Shown here: positions 25,701 to 38,329 of the stretch, piece by piece | How the letters are laid out: each line of letters opens with the position of its first letter | Numbering within the stretch: position 1 is the stretch's first letter | NCBI GenBank assembly: GCA_000934665.2 | Contig: KZ537981.1 | Location: 124,001 to 188,000, forward strand | Direction of reading: 5' to 3' | DNA length: 64,000 nt | From: Catajapyx aquilonaris | Taxonomy: Eukaryota | Made by a program: the position numbers and the translations under genes | Notes under the pieces: model-generated | The model's database searches: none | Seen by the model: only the letters and a program-made list of their open reading frames with translations | Told to the model about the DNA's origin: nothing

Positions 25701-27592
25701 GATTACCGGGTCGCCAGGCAGCGTTCTGACCTTGGCCCCGGTCACGACATGGCGTCTCCTACACTATTTTTGGGCACTGATGGGATTCGGGTGCTCCAGA
25801 GGACGATAATTGGGGACAGGGGGCTCCCTGCAAATTCATAGCTTTCACAGTCCCCCACGAGATTGGAAGAAAATTGGAGTTTCCAAGATTCCAGGATATG
25901 TATACCATCAGATGCGTCGATGATCAACAATAATTAATAATGGAGGTTACACCTTCAGCGGTTCTACAGGGCCCGTCCAATTAATTAATCATGCATCTGT
26001 CCAATAATGGTGGGCATACCTGTCGATCACTTCCCACTGACTGATTGGGCTTCTCCGCTAACCGAATCAAACCAGCCCTACGAGTTGTTCCGACAAGGGG
26101 GAAAAAGAGCCTAATCAGATGACGAAAAAATTCTAATTTAAAATAATCTTCCAGCATCGCATCAGTCACTGACTGCTATAAATGTAGCAATGCTTGCCAT
26201 TCATATAGTCACCTGTAGGTCGGCGGTGTTTTTGAAGCAAGCTGCTGATTATGTATGAGTCTTTACATGATGCATAAAATGTTAGCTCGTAATATTATAG
26301 TTTCAACTGGGGCTAAAGAGTGTCCTTCCCTTCCCTATATCATTTGTAGCACCTACAGTTTTTGACTTTCTTCCGTGGACCTCTATTATTTTCCCCCTCC
26401 AAAAAAATTACATGTTCGACATGCCTGCACGACATCCCACTCGGCTAATTCGGTCACTTCGGACAGAACAGTTACGACCCGAAACCCCGTACTTTTCCGG
26501 CAAAATGAGCTGGATCCCCAACCCCTCTGACGTCAAAACCTGTGGACAACAGATCCCAATCTGAAGGAAGGTATAGGGTGCATAATGCAGGTGCAAACAT
26601 GCGACTGGGGAGGGGACCTTAAGAATCAACCGGAGCGATAAGAGAGCATCATCTCTCCACTCTTCTCTCAGATCGTGAAGATATACGCACTGCCAGGCAT
26701 TAATGGCCAGCATACAGCACAACCAAGAGGAGCAGATGGTCCTGGTGAAAGGGGGTGAAAAAAAAGAAGAAGAGAAGAAGAAAGAAAAAAAAAAGCACGC
26801 GTTCTTTTCTTTGGGAGCCTACAAGAGAAGCGGGGGCCTCTCTTCTTTTCTTGTGTAGGAACTAGCTGGCTTATTGGTCTTCTTCTTTCCATCGCATCCC
26901 ACCTGCCCTCTTGGAACGGTGGGTGCCCCTGTTACGCGTCGCACACACGCCGCCTTTTTCTCCAGACTCCCAGCTGCTCCAGCTTCTTAACACCAGCACG
27001 CACCACCCACAACAGCAAAAAAAAAATCAAAGGAGACTCAGGTCCCAGCCTGCATCTCACCGGTGGATGACCTCACCAGATTTTCAGACAGCCAAAATAG
27101 TGTATACGAGGTGATCAATCCGATCACTCATCAGCAGGTGCCCAAATAATATCATCAATCCGTGCTCTGTTGCTTCGTGTCTGTATGCATTTCTCGAAAA
27201 TGACGAGCCCTCCCCTGATGTAAGAGTTCGCGGGAAAAGTGCGTCGGAGCGTAACCTGAGCAGGTGAAACATCTCAGGGCACAAAAGAGACCTCCGGAGA
27301 TTAGTTGGTAATTTTTAAAAAAACTGCAAATTTCCCAGTATTAGTTATTATTATTACCACATCGCAAGGTCACCCCGGGTGAGGCTTATTTTAGCCGAGC
27401 TAACCGGAACAGCCTGCTAATGACACGTTATTATCAGCTGCCCCTTTCAGAGGTAGGCGTAACTGCAACATCGCAAGTATCCCAGGCATCTCCGTTCGAG
27501 CGAAATTGACAAATAATGAGTGGACCAAAAATATAGCGACCAGACCGTGAGACAACTATAGAATTGCGACAACAAAAGTGTTCGATATATAT

Positions 27593-27690
27593 CTCTCTAT
27601 ATATAAATCAGAAACTTTGTCTGGATGTCCGGGCTACCTAACCCACTTCCGGACTACTGAGAGTACTGAAACTTGACACTCTGATGTCTT
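27593..27690 (+). mobile_element. About 85-bp interspersed repeat resembling a non-autonomous Helitron 5' end
   Basis: TCTCTATATATAAA..AGAAACTTTGTCTG..GGGCTACC..GGACTACTGAGAGTACTGAAA. Homologous copies at 49560-49830 (minus, about 3 in tandem) and 52671-52845 (plus, about 2 in tandem). The Helitron label is inferred only from the TC start and TATATAAA-GTTTGT pattern. Confidence 0.55.
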
Positions 27691-27778
27691 GCGTGCCCGC
27701 TGATTGAGAGAAAAGTACTGAAGAGAGAAAAACTGCACTCGTTTGAGTCTATAAATGCCCAATAAATAAACCAACCAT

Positions 27779-28043
27779 ACCGAAGCAGTTGGTGTAGTGG
27801 TTAAGGAGTTCGACTGCTAATCGGGAGGTCGGTTCGAATGCCGGTGCCGGCAACTCTAACCGTGGTTTTATGTGGTTTCCCACGGTTCCTCCAGGAGAAT
27901 TCCGGAGTTATTTCCGTAAAAATAGGCCACAGCCGCTTTCTTCCGTCCCTATCATATCCCCAAAAGCTAAGTAAAAGTGAAAGCAAAGAGTTCCAGACAA
28001 AAAAATCCCCCCTAAAGAGCCGCCGGCTTATCACGAGGTACGA

Positions 28044-28121
<78 letters not shown>

Positions 28122-28130
28122 AATATTATT
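27779..28130 (+). mobile_element. tRNA-derived SINE with (TTA)n tail and 14-bp target-site duplication
   Basis: A-box TGGTGTAGTGG, B-box GGTTCGAATGCC, body GTGGTTTCCC..TCCAGG..AGGCCACAGCCG and a (TTA)n tail. TSD AATAAACCAACCAT at 27765-27778 and 28131-28144. A second copy is at 57507-57815. Confidence 0.88.
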
Positions 28131-31100
28131 AATAAACCAACCATCTGGCTGCCATATATGTAATCGTTTTATGTCGAGTACAAGCTAAGCTATAGTTTCT
28201 GTATGAAATATGACCGGTTGAGGTCACCCAAATCTGATTGACGCCAGTTGGCTATACAGAAGAGTAGCTGGGATCTCCCGATAAAGAGATGGTATGTTAC
28301 CCCTGTGAAAAGAGGGGGATGCCTGACGCAGCCGAAGCAGACCCTTCCTTTTGAGATCTCGCTTCTTTTTATCTATAAAAGAAGTCGACTCCTGCCCGCA
28401 GGGGCATCAGGGCACCGGAAATGAGCCCTCCCCACTTTTCCCTTTACCATCCGCCGGAATGGCCCGAAGTCAGGTAAGTACATGGTCGGAACAGATGGAT
28501 CACACACACACCGGACCAGCAGCAACGCTGGACAAATCCGGCCATATGGTCAGCCTGAACAACGCAACAAGAAGTGCGGGGAAAAAAACCGAAGAAAGGA
28601 AACCATCAGGACCATCCCAAAGACATCGGGAGGTCATCAAACAAAAAGAATTGGGAAAAAATTGAAGAGACTCGAATCTTTGCACACAGCCATTTCCGGT
28701 CGGATTCACGCGACAAACTAGGTAGGCTACTAAGGAAGTGGCCCACTTGTCTATCTTCAGTTCGTACCACAATATTGAGAATGTTCATGCTGATGATACA
28801 CCCTGCACATTTTGTACCATTTCCGAGTGTTCTGTGGGACAATATTAATCTTGAAACAATTCGGTTGTAATATTCCCAGAACAGACGCCACTGGACCTGA
28901 GAGTCCAGTCTGAAGACCCTGCAGCAAAATATTTCCGGAAAATGAACCGGTCATAGAGCAGGGCGTAGATCAGCAGCTGACAGGCTACCTGCAGCCCTCC
29001 CAAAACCCAAAGGGCAACATAAAGGAGCGGGCTGGGATCACCCTTTTATGCAATCAAAGCTTTTCTTCTTCTACCTCCCTGGCCTCTTTGTGGCCATTTT
29101 TTTTCTCTCCTTCTCCTGTGTACCCCTCCCCAACTTGCTCTTTTTCTTTTTCTTTTTTTGGGGGTTTTGCACAAGGCAGGTGTGGCGGGGGCACAAAACA
29201 CCCACCGCGGCCCCACATCCTTACACTTCTTACATCTTCTTGCGCCGGCCAGCAGCTGTCGAGCCAGCATGGTCAGAATAAGGGAGGAAAAAAAAAGCTG
29301 GATTGTATATAGTGGAAGAGAGTGGGGTCAAACCCAGATGACCTCTCCTTCTCCCGCAGGCGAGGGTATCCATCGCAGCCGTTTTCACTTTCTGTGTCCC
29401 CCTCCTCAGGACACATGATATGAGCTGCTATTGACCGCAGCTGAGGTCAGCAAACCGGGTGGTAAACAAATCGCTATCAGCTGCTTCTATAGGGCGATTC
29501 GGTTACCCAAAAATCTTTCGCTGGTTCCTCTGAAAGCCAAAGATTCTGGCGTCTGGTCGTGGAAAGATGCAGGGACTTCACCCCAAGAGCAGCCAAAACA
29601 AACCAATGTGCTTTCACAGCAAGAGTGAGAGACGACTTGGGCGCACAACAAGGGCATTTGTGTGCAACAGCGTCACACCTGCAGCCGCGTCTCTTGGGAA
29701 TAATCAGATGCTTCGGCTCATCCCTCCCAAACAATATATTTAAAATAATTAATGAATAAAATATAAGCTCCATACTTCCGTTTCGGTTTGTCATTCCTCT
29801 CTCCCCCCCCCCCCTCTCCCTGTAGGTCAATCGGGTCAGATCCCACAACACGAATTGTTACTTTGGCAGGTGTTTCCTCAGGAGAAATAAATAGCAGTGG
29901 AATTGGACAGGAAATACGAATCGGAAGGACAGACCGGTTTTTGTGTGGCCGTGTGCGGGCCCAGCACCATTGGGGGGCAGCATGATTTTTTTTTACCAGA
30001 ATAATAATAAAACCAAAAAAACATTTAGGGGTGACCCCGCGGGTAGGCGCGTGCCGTTTCGCCCCCGTGAAGGTGACGTCACAATCCAAGAGGTCAAACT
30101 TCACCTGCGGATTTCACGCTTGGCGACCCTCAATTAATAACCTACCAGCCCTCGCTAATGGCGTCTCGTGACCAACAGCCCGGTTAACAACATGCGAATA
30201 ATTTTTTTTTCCCTATCCTCAACCATATTTTTATCTGTGCACCTCATTACCCGCAGGTCATCAAACACAAAAAATTGCGCCTTCGCAATTAACGCCATAT
30301 CGGAAAAAAATATACAAGACCGCGCCCAGTCCAAAAAATCTGTTACCCACAAATCAGCCGTTGTTTTTTAAAAAAATTACAGATTAAAAAAAATGCAAAC
30401 CCTGTAATCAACGATACAGTCTGAGCTACTGTTAGCAACAACAAATTGTGCCGTTCCTTTTTTTTAAAACTAAGATATGCAAATCCGGCTCCCGAAAAAT
30501 GAAGCAACCCTGTAATCAGATTAGGCGAACAACATTTGGAGAGAAAAAAAAAAAATGGAGCGCAAGAAGTACGGCAAATGATGCCCGTTTCACACGAATC
30601 AAAGCAAAAACAATGAATTCATGTTGTTACTCCCAACTCCCCAAAAAATAGAGAAAAAACCCCACATGCAGCACACGTGATATGACCACATAAGTGTTAT
30701 TAGCTCCTCATTTTTTTTTTTTGGTACCTCCTCCCACCCAACTCCTCTTATATATATATTTTTTACAGATGTGTTTGACAGCAGGCAGCAGGTGGAGATG
30801 CCACCTGTTTGTTACCGCACCTGCCTCCATCAGGTCCATAAAAAAAATGAGGGAGGGAGGCACACATCACATCACACATAGTACGTGGAAAATACATGTC
30901 GTGGTAGGGGAGGACCAAGCACCTGTCGGTTGAGGTGCCAGGTCAACGATTCGGACAAGGTCATACTCAGGATGAGTCACATTCTATGTACTGGGTGAAT
31001 TTTCTAACATTATTGCAATGTACAGATCCCCCCCCCCCTCCCCCCTCCAAAAAAAAAGAGGCCGCTTCCTGACCCAATCCATCACCCCCTGAAACTGGAT

Positions 31101-32760
31101 GCCCAATTACCGCCCGCATTTAGACGCAATTGACAGTTAACAAGTGCGTGCCCACTGAACCTGCCAGATGGGACACACAGCACATGGAGAAGAGCTGGAC
31201 TCGAGAGAACAAAATTTGAGTTTGGTTCAAGATTGGACAAGATGATTCACTTCCTTGCGCCTTACCAATCAAGAGGCCCCCATCAGTCATCATTCGACAA
31301 AATGTGACTACATAATGACTTAACAGCATCGGAATCGGGTCAAAAGGCCAAATCACAGCACGTGCCTAGTTCCACGGCCAAATTGTTGCATAACTTGCTA
31401 CAATGTGCCTCAATGTGTAAACATGGATGAAACTTGAACTGTGTGTGTGTGTGTATGTATGTATTTGATCAATTGCAGCACATTTCAGTTGCAGTAATGT
31501 ACACAGCAACAATCTTTCGAAGGTCACTGTCAGCGAATAACACGTCTCCCGCCTGGACTCTTCCATTTATTTTGCGATACCGTAACCTTCGAGGTTGAAA
31601 ATACCCCAGCTGATTAGTGCCCAACATTGTATACACACGCGTTTGTTATATATGGGGGTGCGAACTATTCGCACAAACACATCAGGCAAGGTAGTCCCTT
31701 GGCCTAGGCCTAGTTGGCATCAGCCCAATTCGACCGCAGACTATGGTTTTTTTTATGCATTTCGGTGACCATAACTTATGGCTATGTGGTCTGGGTCCTG
31801 TCCGCCAAAAAGGCAGCGCTCGCCGCATAAACAAACTCTGAGTCACTCAACCGGAACGAACAAACTATTTTTACAAAAAAAAGTAATATCATTAAAAAAA
31901 AAAAGGTTGGCAATGGTTGGCATAGTTTGCATTGTTGCAACGAATCTAATTTCTGAGACCATGAGTAGCATGCATCGGTGGGTATGAGCAGTGGTGGCTC
32001 ACCGAAATGTTTTCTTCCTCATATCACCAGCCCTTTGGGACACCACAGTGATGACTAAGTGGAGGTCAGTTGGGGTCCTGCGGATGAGTGACAAGCAGGA
32101 CAGCTATCAAGACCTGTCACAAACTGAGCAGGCTGCCCATTCATTAGAGACCAATATCGCCCATCCCACACAATCTCCTTCCAGCAGCCACAAAGATACT
32201 TGCTGGATAGGACTTACCACCACCCCCAACCACGTTTGGCTCTCCAGGATGAAGGCAGCGATGGATTGCAGTTGGCTAAAAGAGTCAATGGGACACGTAC
32301 AGTAGATCTCTCTGTATACTGTATGCCCACTTGGGGCTTTCTTTTGTGTCACAGGGTTGCAGGGTGTATGCCATTGTGTACACATACACTCATTGCGTTT
32401 GCCTGTTTGGGTAAATGCATAATGGTGCAGACAAATACCTCTCCCTTCTGTTCAGTGGGACACCTTGTCTGCTTCAAAAAAAGTAATGATGCAGTACTCT
32501 TCCAGGATTGACTTTGCTGTATATGGCACGATTTTTCATTGAAAGTGGTTCGTAATAAAATTATGAGATGAAAATGTCTGAGTGCTGAAAACATGGACTC
32601 GAAAGTTGAGACCAGTTGAGACCTTTTTTTCCCAATTTCAAATGCTCACAGCAGGAACTATAATTACTATATCACTCAAAAAAAAAAAAAAAAACAATTG
32701 GTGACGATTGTGCATTTGGTTTCATTATAATATCATCTCCATCTTTTTGAGTGACATAGT

Positions 32761-32849
32761 CCCCACGAGCTATGCTGGTGGCAGCTACGTCTCCTGGCAG
32801 GGTCTCCCAAGCAGGACAGATCTTTGAGGGTAGGAGAGACAGACAAAGT
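32761..32849 (+). mobile_element. Fragment resembling the conserved 5' region of RTE-clade LINEs
   Basis: GAGCTATG...CAGGGTCTCCCAAG.CAGGACAGATC...AGACAAAG resembles the conserved 5' block of RTE/BovB/Rex3-type elements (recognised from memory, not by search). No RT ORF follows. Confidence 0.5.
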
Positions 32850-33541
32850 AATCTTATGCTGTGATTGCATGATTGTTATGTCTTTCAATATATGACTTTT
32901 GACATGATGAATTATGTAAAACAAAAAAATTGTTTGCAGTGTTATGTCGTTATGACAGTCAGCATTTGACATATTCCAGTCAAAGAACCAAATGAACTCC
33001 AGTTTTAGCTCTCTTTTCTCGTCGTTTCTGTCTCCATGTGTGTCCCACCTTTGTGGCTTCTGATAGCCATAGTTGCTTTGGCTCCACAGTCGGAGGGAAA
33101 TGTTGCCAAGTTTCGGCAAGAGGTTCACTCTCATTATGCAATGAAATAATTTGCTGGTTGCACAATATGGCAACATTGCATTTTTCATTATTTGAAGGGA
33201 AAAAAAATCGCTTGTGAACAATGTACACAATTGACCACCATCTGCCACCATCAGAAAAATTAAAATTAAAATTCTGGAAGGTTCCTATATAATGCCTGCT
33301 GTGGCCATTTGAAGTTTTTTAAACAAATTGTGAGATTTGGAGCGCATATTTTTAACTACTCACAGTCAGACAGCAGATAATTTAGAAACTGTGCTCCTCA
33401 CTTTTCCATAATCTAATATTACCAGGACCAACTTCCAACAAAATGGCGCCATCCCAGCATGACTCCAAAAGGATGCCCACTGGACAATATGGAATATGTT
33501 GAATCCGCTTCCAACCCCTGGCCCCGGGGTTTGCAGGGTGC

Positions 33542-35109
33542 TCATGATCCGGCATCAAACCTTTGAGTAGTGACAATAAACTGGATCAATCGGGGCGACA
33601 TCATTCCTTTTACCTTGTTGTTGTGCTGGTAGTGTGGGACTTCCTTGGCTCTGACAACCTTCCTTTCCCGGCCCGACCTGACCTGGCCTGGTCCGGGCAG
33701 CAGCACGCGATGCAGGGCTTCCACCAGCTGCTCATCCCTTCCCGCATCGTCTTCGCCCCTTCCCGGAGACGCGGGCCGCCCCTGGTCCTCATCAGGTACT
33801 GCGAAAGACGCGGTCCGAACGACGTTCGATTCGTCCGAACCGGTTGGAACGCTCAGGATGGTTTCAGAAGCATCCGCCGCGGCGTCTGTGGCGCTGCGGT
33901 CGGTAGGTGGCGCCCTCTCGCGGCCGATCGGGGAACTAACGGGGTCGGCGGAAACTTCAAACTGCGGACCGGACATTTCAACGCTGTCCACTCTTGGTAT
34001 GGCCACTGGAGTGTCCATCTCTGGGTCGACAAGTGCGGACAAGCCGGCATCAGCGGTACCCCCAAGTACGGCGTCGATTTCCTGCTTCATCAAATCGGAC
34101 GTACCGGTACGGTCAGCTTCAGGTACTGACCCGCCGGTGCTCATGACACTCTCAACGACGATTCCGGCGTCCCCTGAGGTACGGGTACGGATAGCACCGT
34201 CAGAAACTGACTCGTCGGTACTTAGGAGACGTTCGACAATGTTTGCATTGTCTTCTGATAGTACAGTGTCCACAATGGTTGAAACTGAACTGGGCATGAC
34301 ATAATGTGTGGTGGACTCCTGTTGCATCGGTGTACCAGCTGGCATACCGGTACTGCTAACCAGGGTTGTGGTACCAGTAGTTGTAGCGGTGTCTTCATGC
34401 ACGTCGATGAAATCACCGGACAACAACAATGCAGCAGGTACGTGACACAGCTGTCCAGCGTACTCGTTGGGACACTCACACTTTTGGATAATGGACACAT
34501 GTGCACCGTCCTTACCATCAGACACAACATGTTCTTCGGTGTGGCAGGTACCAGGTCCGCATGGGTTGTACGTAGAGCAGTACGATGCACGGACCGACCG
34601 AAGCTCCGGGATGCAGAAGGTCAGACCTGTGGTACACAATTCAGTACAAAGGTTATGTGACATTAAATGTACGGTACGTACCAGCATCTGGATATTGCGC
34701 GTGAACATGACGCGCATGACACCGACACATGTTGGAGCGTGTCCGTACCCTGCCTGGATCGCATCCATCGAGGACCACCACACGTTTGTCCTTGCAGCCT
34801 CTGAAGTACACATCCTGTCCGAAGCTCCAGGTCTGCAGTACTGAGCACTGGCACATACCAAGCAGGTCCACTGCTGCGTGTTGCGATACACCTTCGGCAA
34901 AGACCTACACCAGAGTTTGGATTTTCAGTTTGAACTACAAGGTAACTTACGGAGCAGGTGTCTTCATTGTCCAGACATGCTACGTAACATCGGACAGGCG
35001 GCGGGTTCAACTCATGTTCCGCCGATACCCAGCGGAAGTACTTGGTCCATACCGGATCGTTGTCTGAACATATCGTCGGCAACAATGCCATCAAGAGCAA
35101 TACATACAT
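33542..35109 (-). CDS. Secreted Cys-rich protein with one EGF-like domain and a Ser/Thr/acidic mucin-like region, about 488 aa (3' end uncertain)
   Basis: Exons 35109-34951, 34904-34682 and 34626-33542, joined by a 46-nt intron (GTAAGT..TAG) and a 55-nt intron (GTACGT..CAG) in consistent phase. These splice together three overlapping ORFs in different frames. Signal peptide MYVLLLMALLPTICS; EGF motif C-x5-C-x4-C-x21-C-x-C-x8-C. Confidence 0.72.
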
Positions 35110-36608
35110 CGCTGGATGTCATACAAATATTTTTGTGTGTGTAAAAGAAGACACTTCAACAGCGTATCGATGACAACATGTATACATTGTTACCTCACAA
35201 CAATCAACGTACAGAGGTATGGTAACTCTCATTATTTTTTATTGATTCGAAAACAACTGTACAGTCAGAGAGAAAATCATCCAATTTGAGTGACGTTCTT
35301 TGTTTTTCACTACATGTCATGTTAACATAATAATTAAATTAGTTCGTTCGTGCAATAAATAATTTTAGAGCCTGAAGTGTAGCGAGCCAAAAATTTTTTA
35401 AAAATACTAATTACCGGTGTCAAATAATCCAAATTGCTCGAGTTAAAATGACATGTGGTGCAATTGCGAACATAACGTGATATGTACATTGGCTTTGGTA
35501 CTGACAGTTTAAAAAAAGATGTTTAAATTAAAATTAATATCTAAAAAAAAATTGTGACCAAAATATCTAACCATACATTAGGCTTCCTCGTGAACTAAGT
35601 TTCAATTACTCTCTCTCTAATTGTGACATGAGCCATGCAAAAAAAAGGCCTCGGATATTCTGCATGTTTTGTTGACTAGCTCGTTTGCCTTAATTACACT
35701 TGCTTTTAATGAAGGCGAGTCTTTTTAAGGCATTGGTACAAATCGGGGGTGATGCTTCGTCATTTAAAAAGGTGCAAAAATATTTGGCTCAGACGGCTCT
35801 TTTTGTCAGCTTTGCCGGCAAAGAAAGCATATGAAGTGAACCAAAAAACAAAAAACAAAGTGCGTACAAGTCGTGGATTCCATTCCCGAAGATTCAACCT
35901 TACAATTAATTTGATGCTAACGAGGGCAACTCTAACACTTTCCGATTATCACGTCTGATAACAACCATCACAAACCAGCGAATTTTGACAACAATTTTTA
36001 AAACTGCAATCCTTTTAAAACACATTGTCATCATTATTCCACGACCAAACAACATGTTAAAAAATGTTCGTGTGAGACATACACACTAGGCCTAACAATA
36101 TTTTACAAAATTTTTTATCTGAAAGCAACTTGGCAAGTTCCGTGGTATTAAAATTAATCCGACTAATTGTGAGGGTAAATCTAAATATTTGTAATAATTA
36201 ATTCCGTACATGTACGCCAGGTAATAATACTCGTTTTAACATTGTAGACACTTCATGTTAAATGTTAAATGGTACGTAAAATATCCAACAATGCGCACTA
36301 AACAAAAAAAAAACTTGCCTTTTGTTACGCACATACACAATATCACATACACATACACACTCTTCGCAACAAAAAACATTCGATCCAATTACATTAGTGA
36401 CCAGACTGATGGCTAAAAAATACTGCGTCAATTGTCCATACGCACATGAAACTTATAAAAAAAACAGCACTGCGATGCATTCGTCCCACATTTTGGCAAA
36501 AAATTATCCTGAAGCATTTGTAAGAAGATTTTATACACAAGGCATGGTCGGTTTTTGCGGAAACAAACGGTTGGAATGCTGCGCAACAATCCGTTAATGC
36601 TGCTGTAG

Positions 36609-37928
36609 TTATGCGGCTAGAAGAGTCTTGATGTTCTTCGGTGTGTTCTCGTCATTCAGGTGCTTTGTCGTGTACCTGCAACGTCGCATTGTTTTAAGAA
36701 TTGTTGCAGAATTGCGGTTACGAATTTACCTTAAAGCGTTGAGAAGTCCTTCCGACTTGGCCGTGGGCTGCTCCTTTAGAACCTTGACGCATCCTTTCAC
36801 CTGCGGAGAGAACAGCGTTAAACATAATAGTTTTGCAGCGAATTGGACGAACTCACATCGACATTAGAGGCCTTAACGAACGCTCCTGAAGGATGCACAT
36901 GGTCATACAGGATTATCAGTCCCACCATGACTCGTAGGACGAAGTGTTGCGTCTCCTCTCTCCGGAAGCGAGCAATCAGATCCGGATTCTCAAGCATACG
37001 CTGGGACACCTTTGCCATCGTGCTGAGTGTCTCCGTCGTGTCTTCTATAGGTATATCCTTATTCTGTAATGAAAAATGTGCAATAATTATTGGCCCATGG
37101 GACGATCACACGAACTGGTACCTCCGACACAAATTTGGTGGTGGCATCGCTGAGAACTTTGAGCATTGGCGTCGCATGTGCGTAAAACAGCGACATCCTG
37201 TTGGCCATCTTATCGCTAACCTCCCCGTTGCATTCAAAGGCGTCTCGACTGGCCATCCGTTGCCTCGTAATAGTACGTCTGTAGTAGCTAAAGTCGTTCT
37301 GAATCGCCGGCATCGTCATCTGCAAGAAAGTCGGTTAGCCAAGTTCGCTTCCTGTCTGCAAGCGTACCTTATACTCATCAAACTTGAGCACAAACTCCAG
37401 AATCTCGGCAAACTGCTTCACTAACGCCTGCTGCGTCTCCAAGTGTTGGGTCGGCGTCATCGGCCCGGAGCACAGTTGGTACAGAATTTTCGGTACGATG
37501 CACTCTGCAATTAAAGTCGGATTAGCTTGCCGTATTCGTTGGCTCACACAGAACGCATACCCAGCTCTATGGAGAACTCGTAGAATCGCTTCAGCTTCAT
37601 AACGAGCGGCACGACTGCTTCCCACGCACGCTCCTGCATGTCCTCGGACGGGTTGGATATGGCTTCACGTATTTCCTTCCCGGCTCCCTTGTACGACTGC
37701 AGGTCCTCCAGGATAGACTCGGAGCTCTCTAGAACCATCTGTACTTCCTCAAACGTATCCTCCTCCAATTCGGTCGGCTCCGCATCTGTTAAGTACTCGT
37801 TAAACACACATCGTAAAGAGCCAAATAAACATGTAGCGCATACTTTCAAAGTCCAGGAACACGTCGTACTTCTGCGGAGAGCAGCAGTTGGAGTCGTCCC
37901 TGGCCAGAAGCCTCAGGAGGTTGCCCAT
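36609..37928 (-). CDS. FAM49: FAM49/CYRI (CYFIP-related Rac1 interactor, DUF1394), 329 aa, 7 exons
   Basis: Exons 37928-37844, 37785-37561, 37504-37368, 37319-37122, 37063-36857, 36800-36730 and 36675-36609. Motifs: MGNLL (myristoylation Gly), [62 protein letters not shown]. Confidence 0.96.
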
Positions 37929-38329
37929 CTTTTCTTTTGTTGCAAGGGTCAAAGTTCAGCTGCGCCCCATCAGTAGGTGGACCCAGGGGCGGATCCAGGG
38001 GCGAGACTCCTCTCTAGAAGGCATGTTCTTATGTTGAGCTGAAGTTTTAGAGGCGAGTGTGTGCTTCGGAGGAATGCGAAAAAATATGAGCTGATCATTC
38101 AAGTGGTTTGGAGCAATGTTCGATCCGCCGGCCGGGGATACGCCTCGCCTGATCGGCCATTTTGGATCCCAGTCGGAACCACAGCCCGACATTTTGGATC
38201 TCACAGTCCACCATTTTGGATCCCAAATTAATCAATGAACATATTAATTAATTAAACATTATTGGCTGTGTCTTTATTAATATTTCTATTGCGAAAAAAA
38301 TCGGATTAGCCTCAGAAATTACGCGACCA

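Noticed and set aside
25560..25770. Possible LTR end plus primer-binding site (..GTCACGACA TGGCG..)
   Set aside because: No second LTR, no gag or pol ORF, and no convincing tRNA complement.
27105..27140. Hammerhead-like CTGATGA followed by a stem (minus strand)
   Set aside because: The stem is not followed by GAAA, so the catalytic core is incomplete.
27782..27850. tRNA-Ser(GCT)-like gene (also at 57507)
   Set aside because: It is a SINE head: no proper acceptor stem, and it is followed by a SINE body, tail and TSD.
33542..34900. 452-aa ORF as a single-exon or frameshifted gene
   Set aside because: Its first 90 or so codons are out of frame with the signal-peptide exon; two canonical short introns explain the overlap better.
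37053..37060. ATATCCTT, a U12 AT-AC donor-like motif on the plus strand
   Set aside because: It is the antisense of FAM49 coding sequence (KDI); no plus-strand gene is evident.
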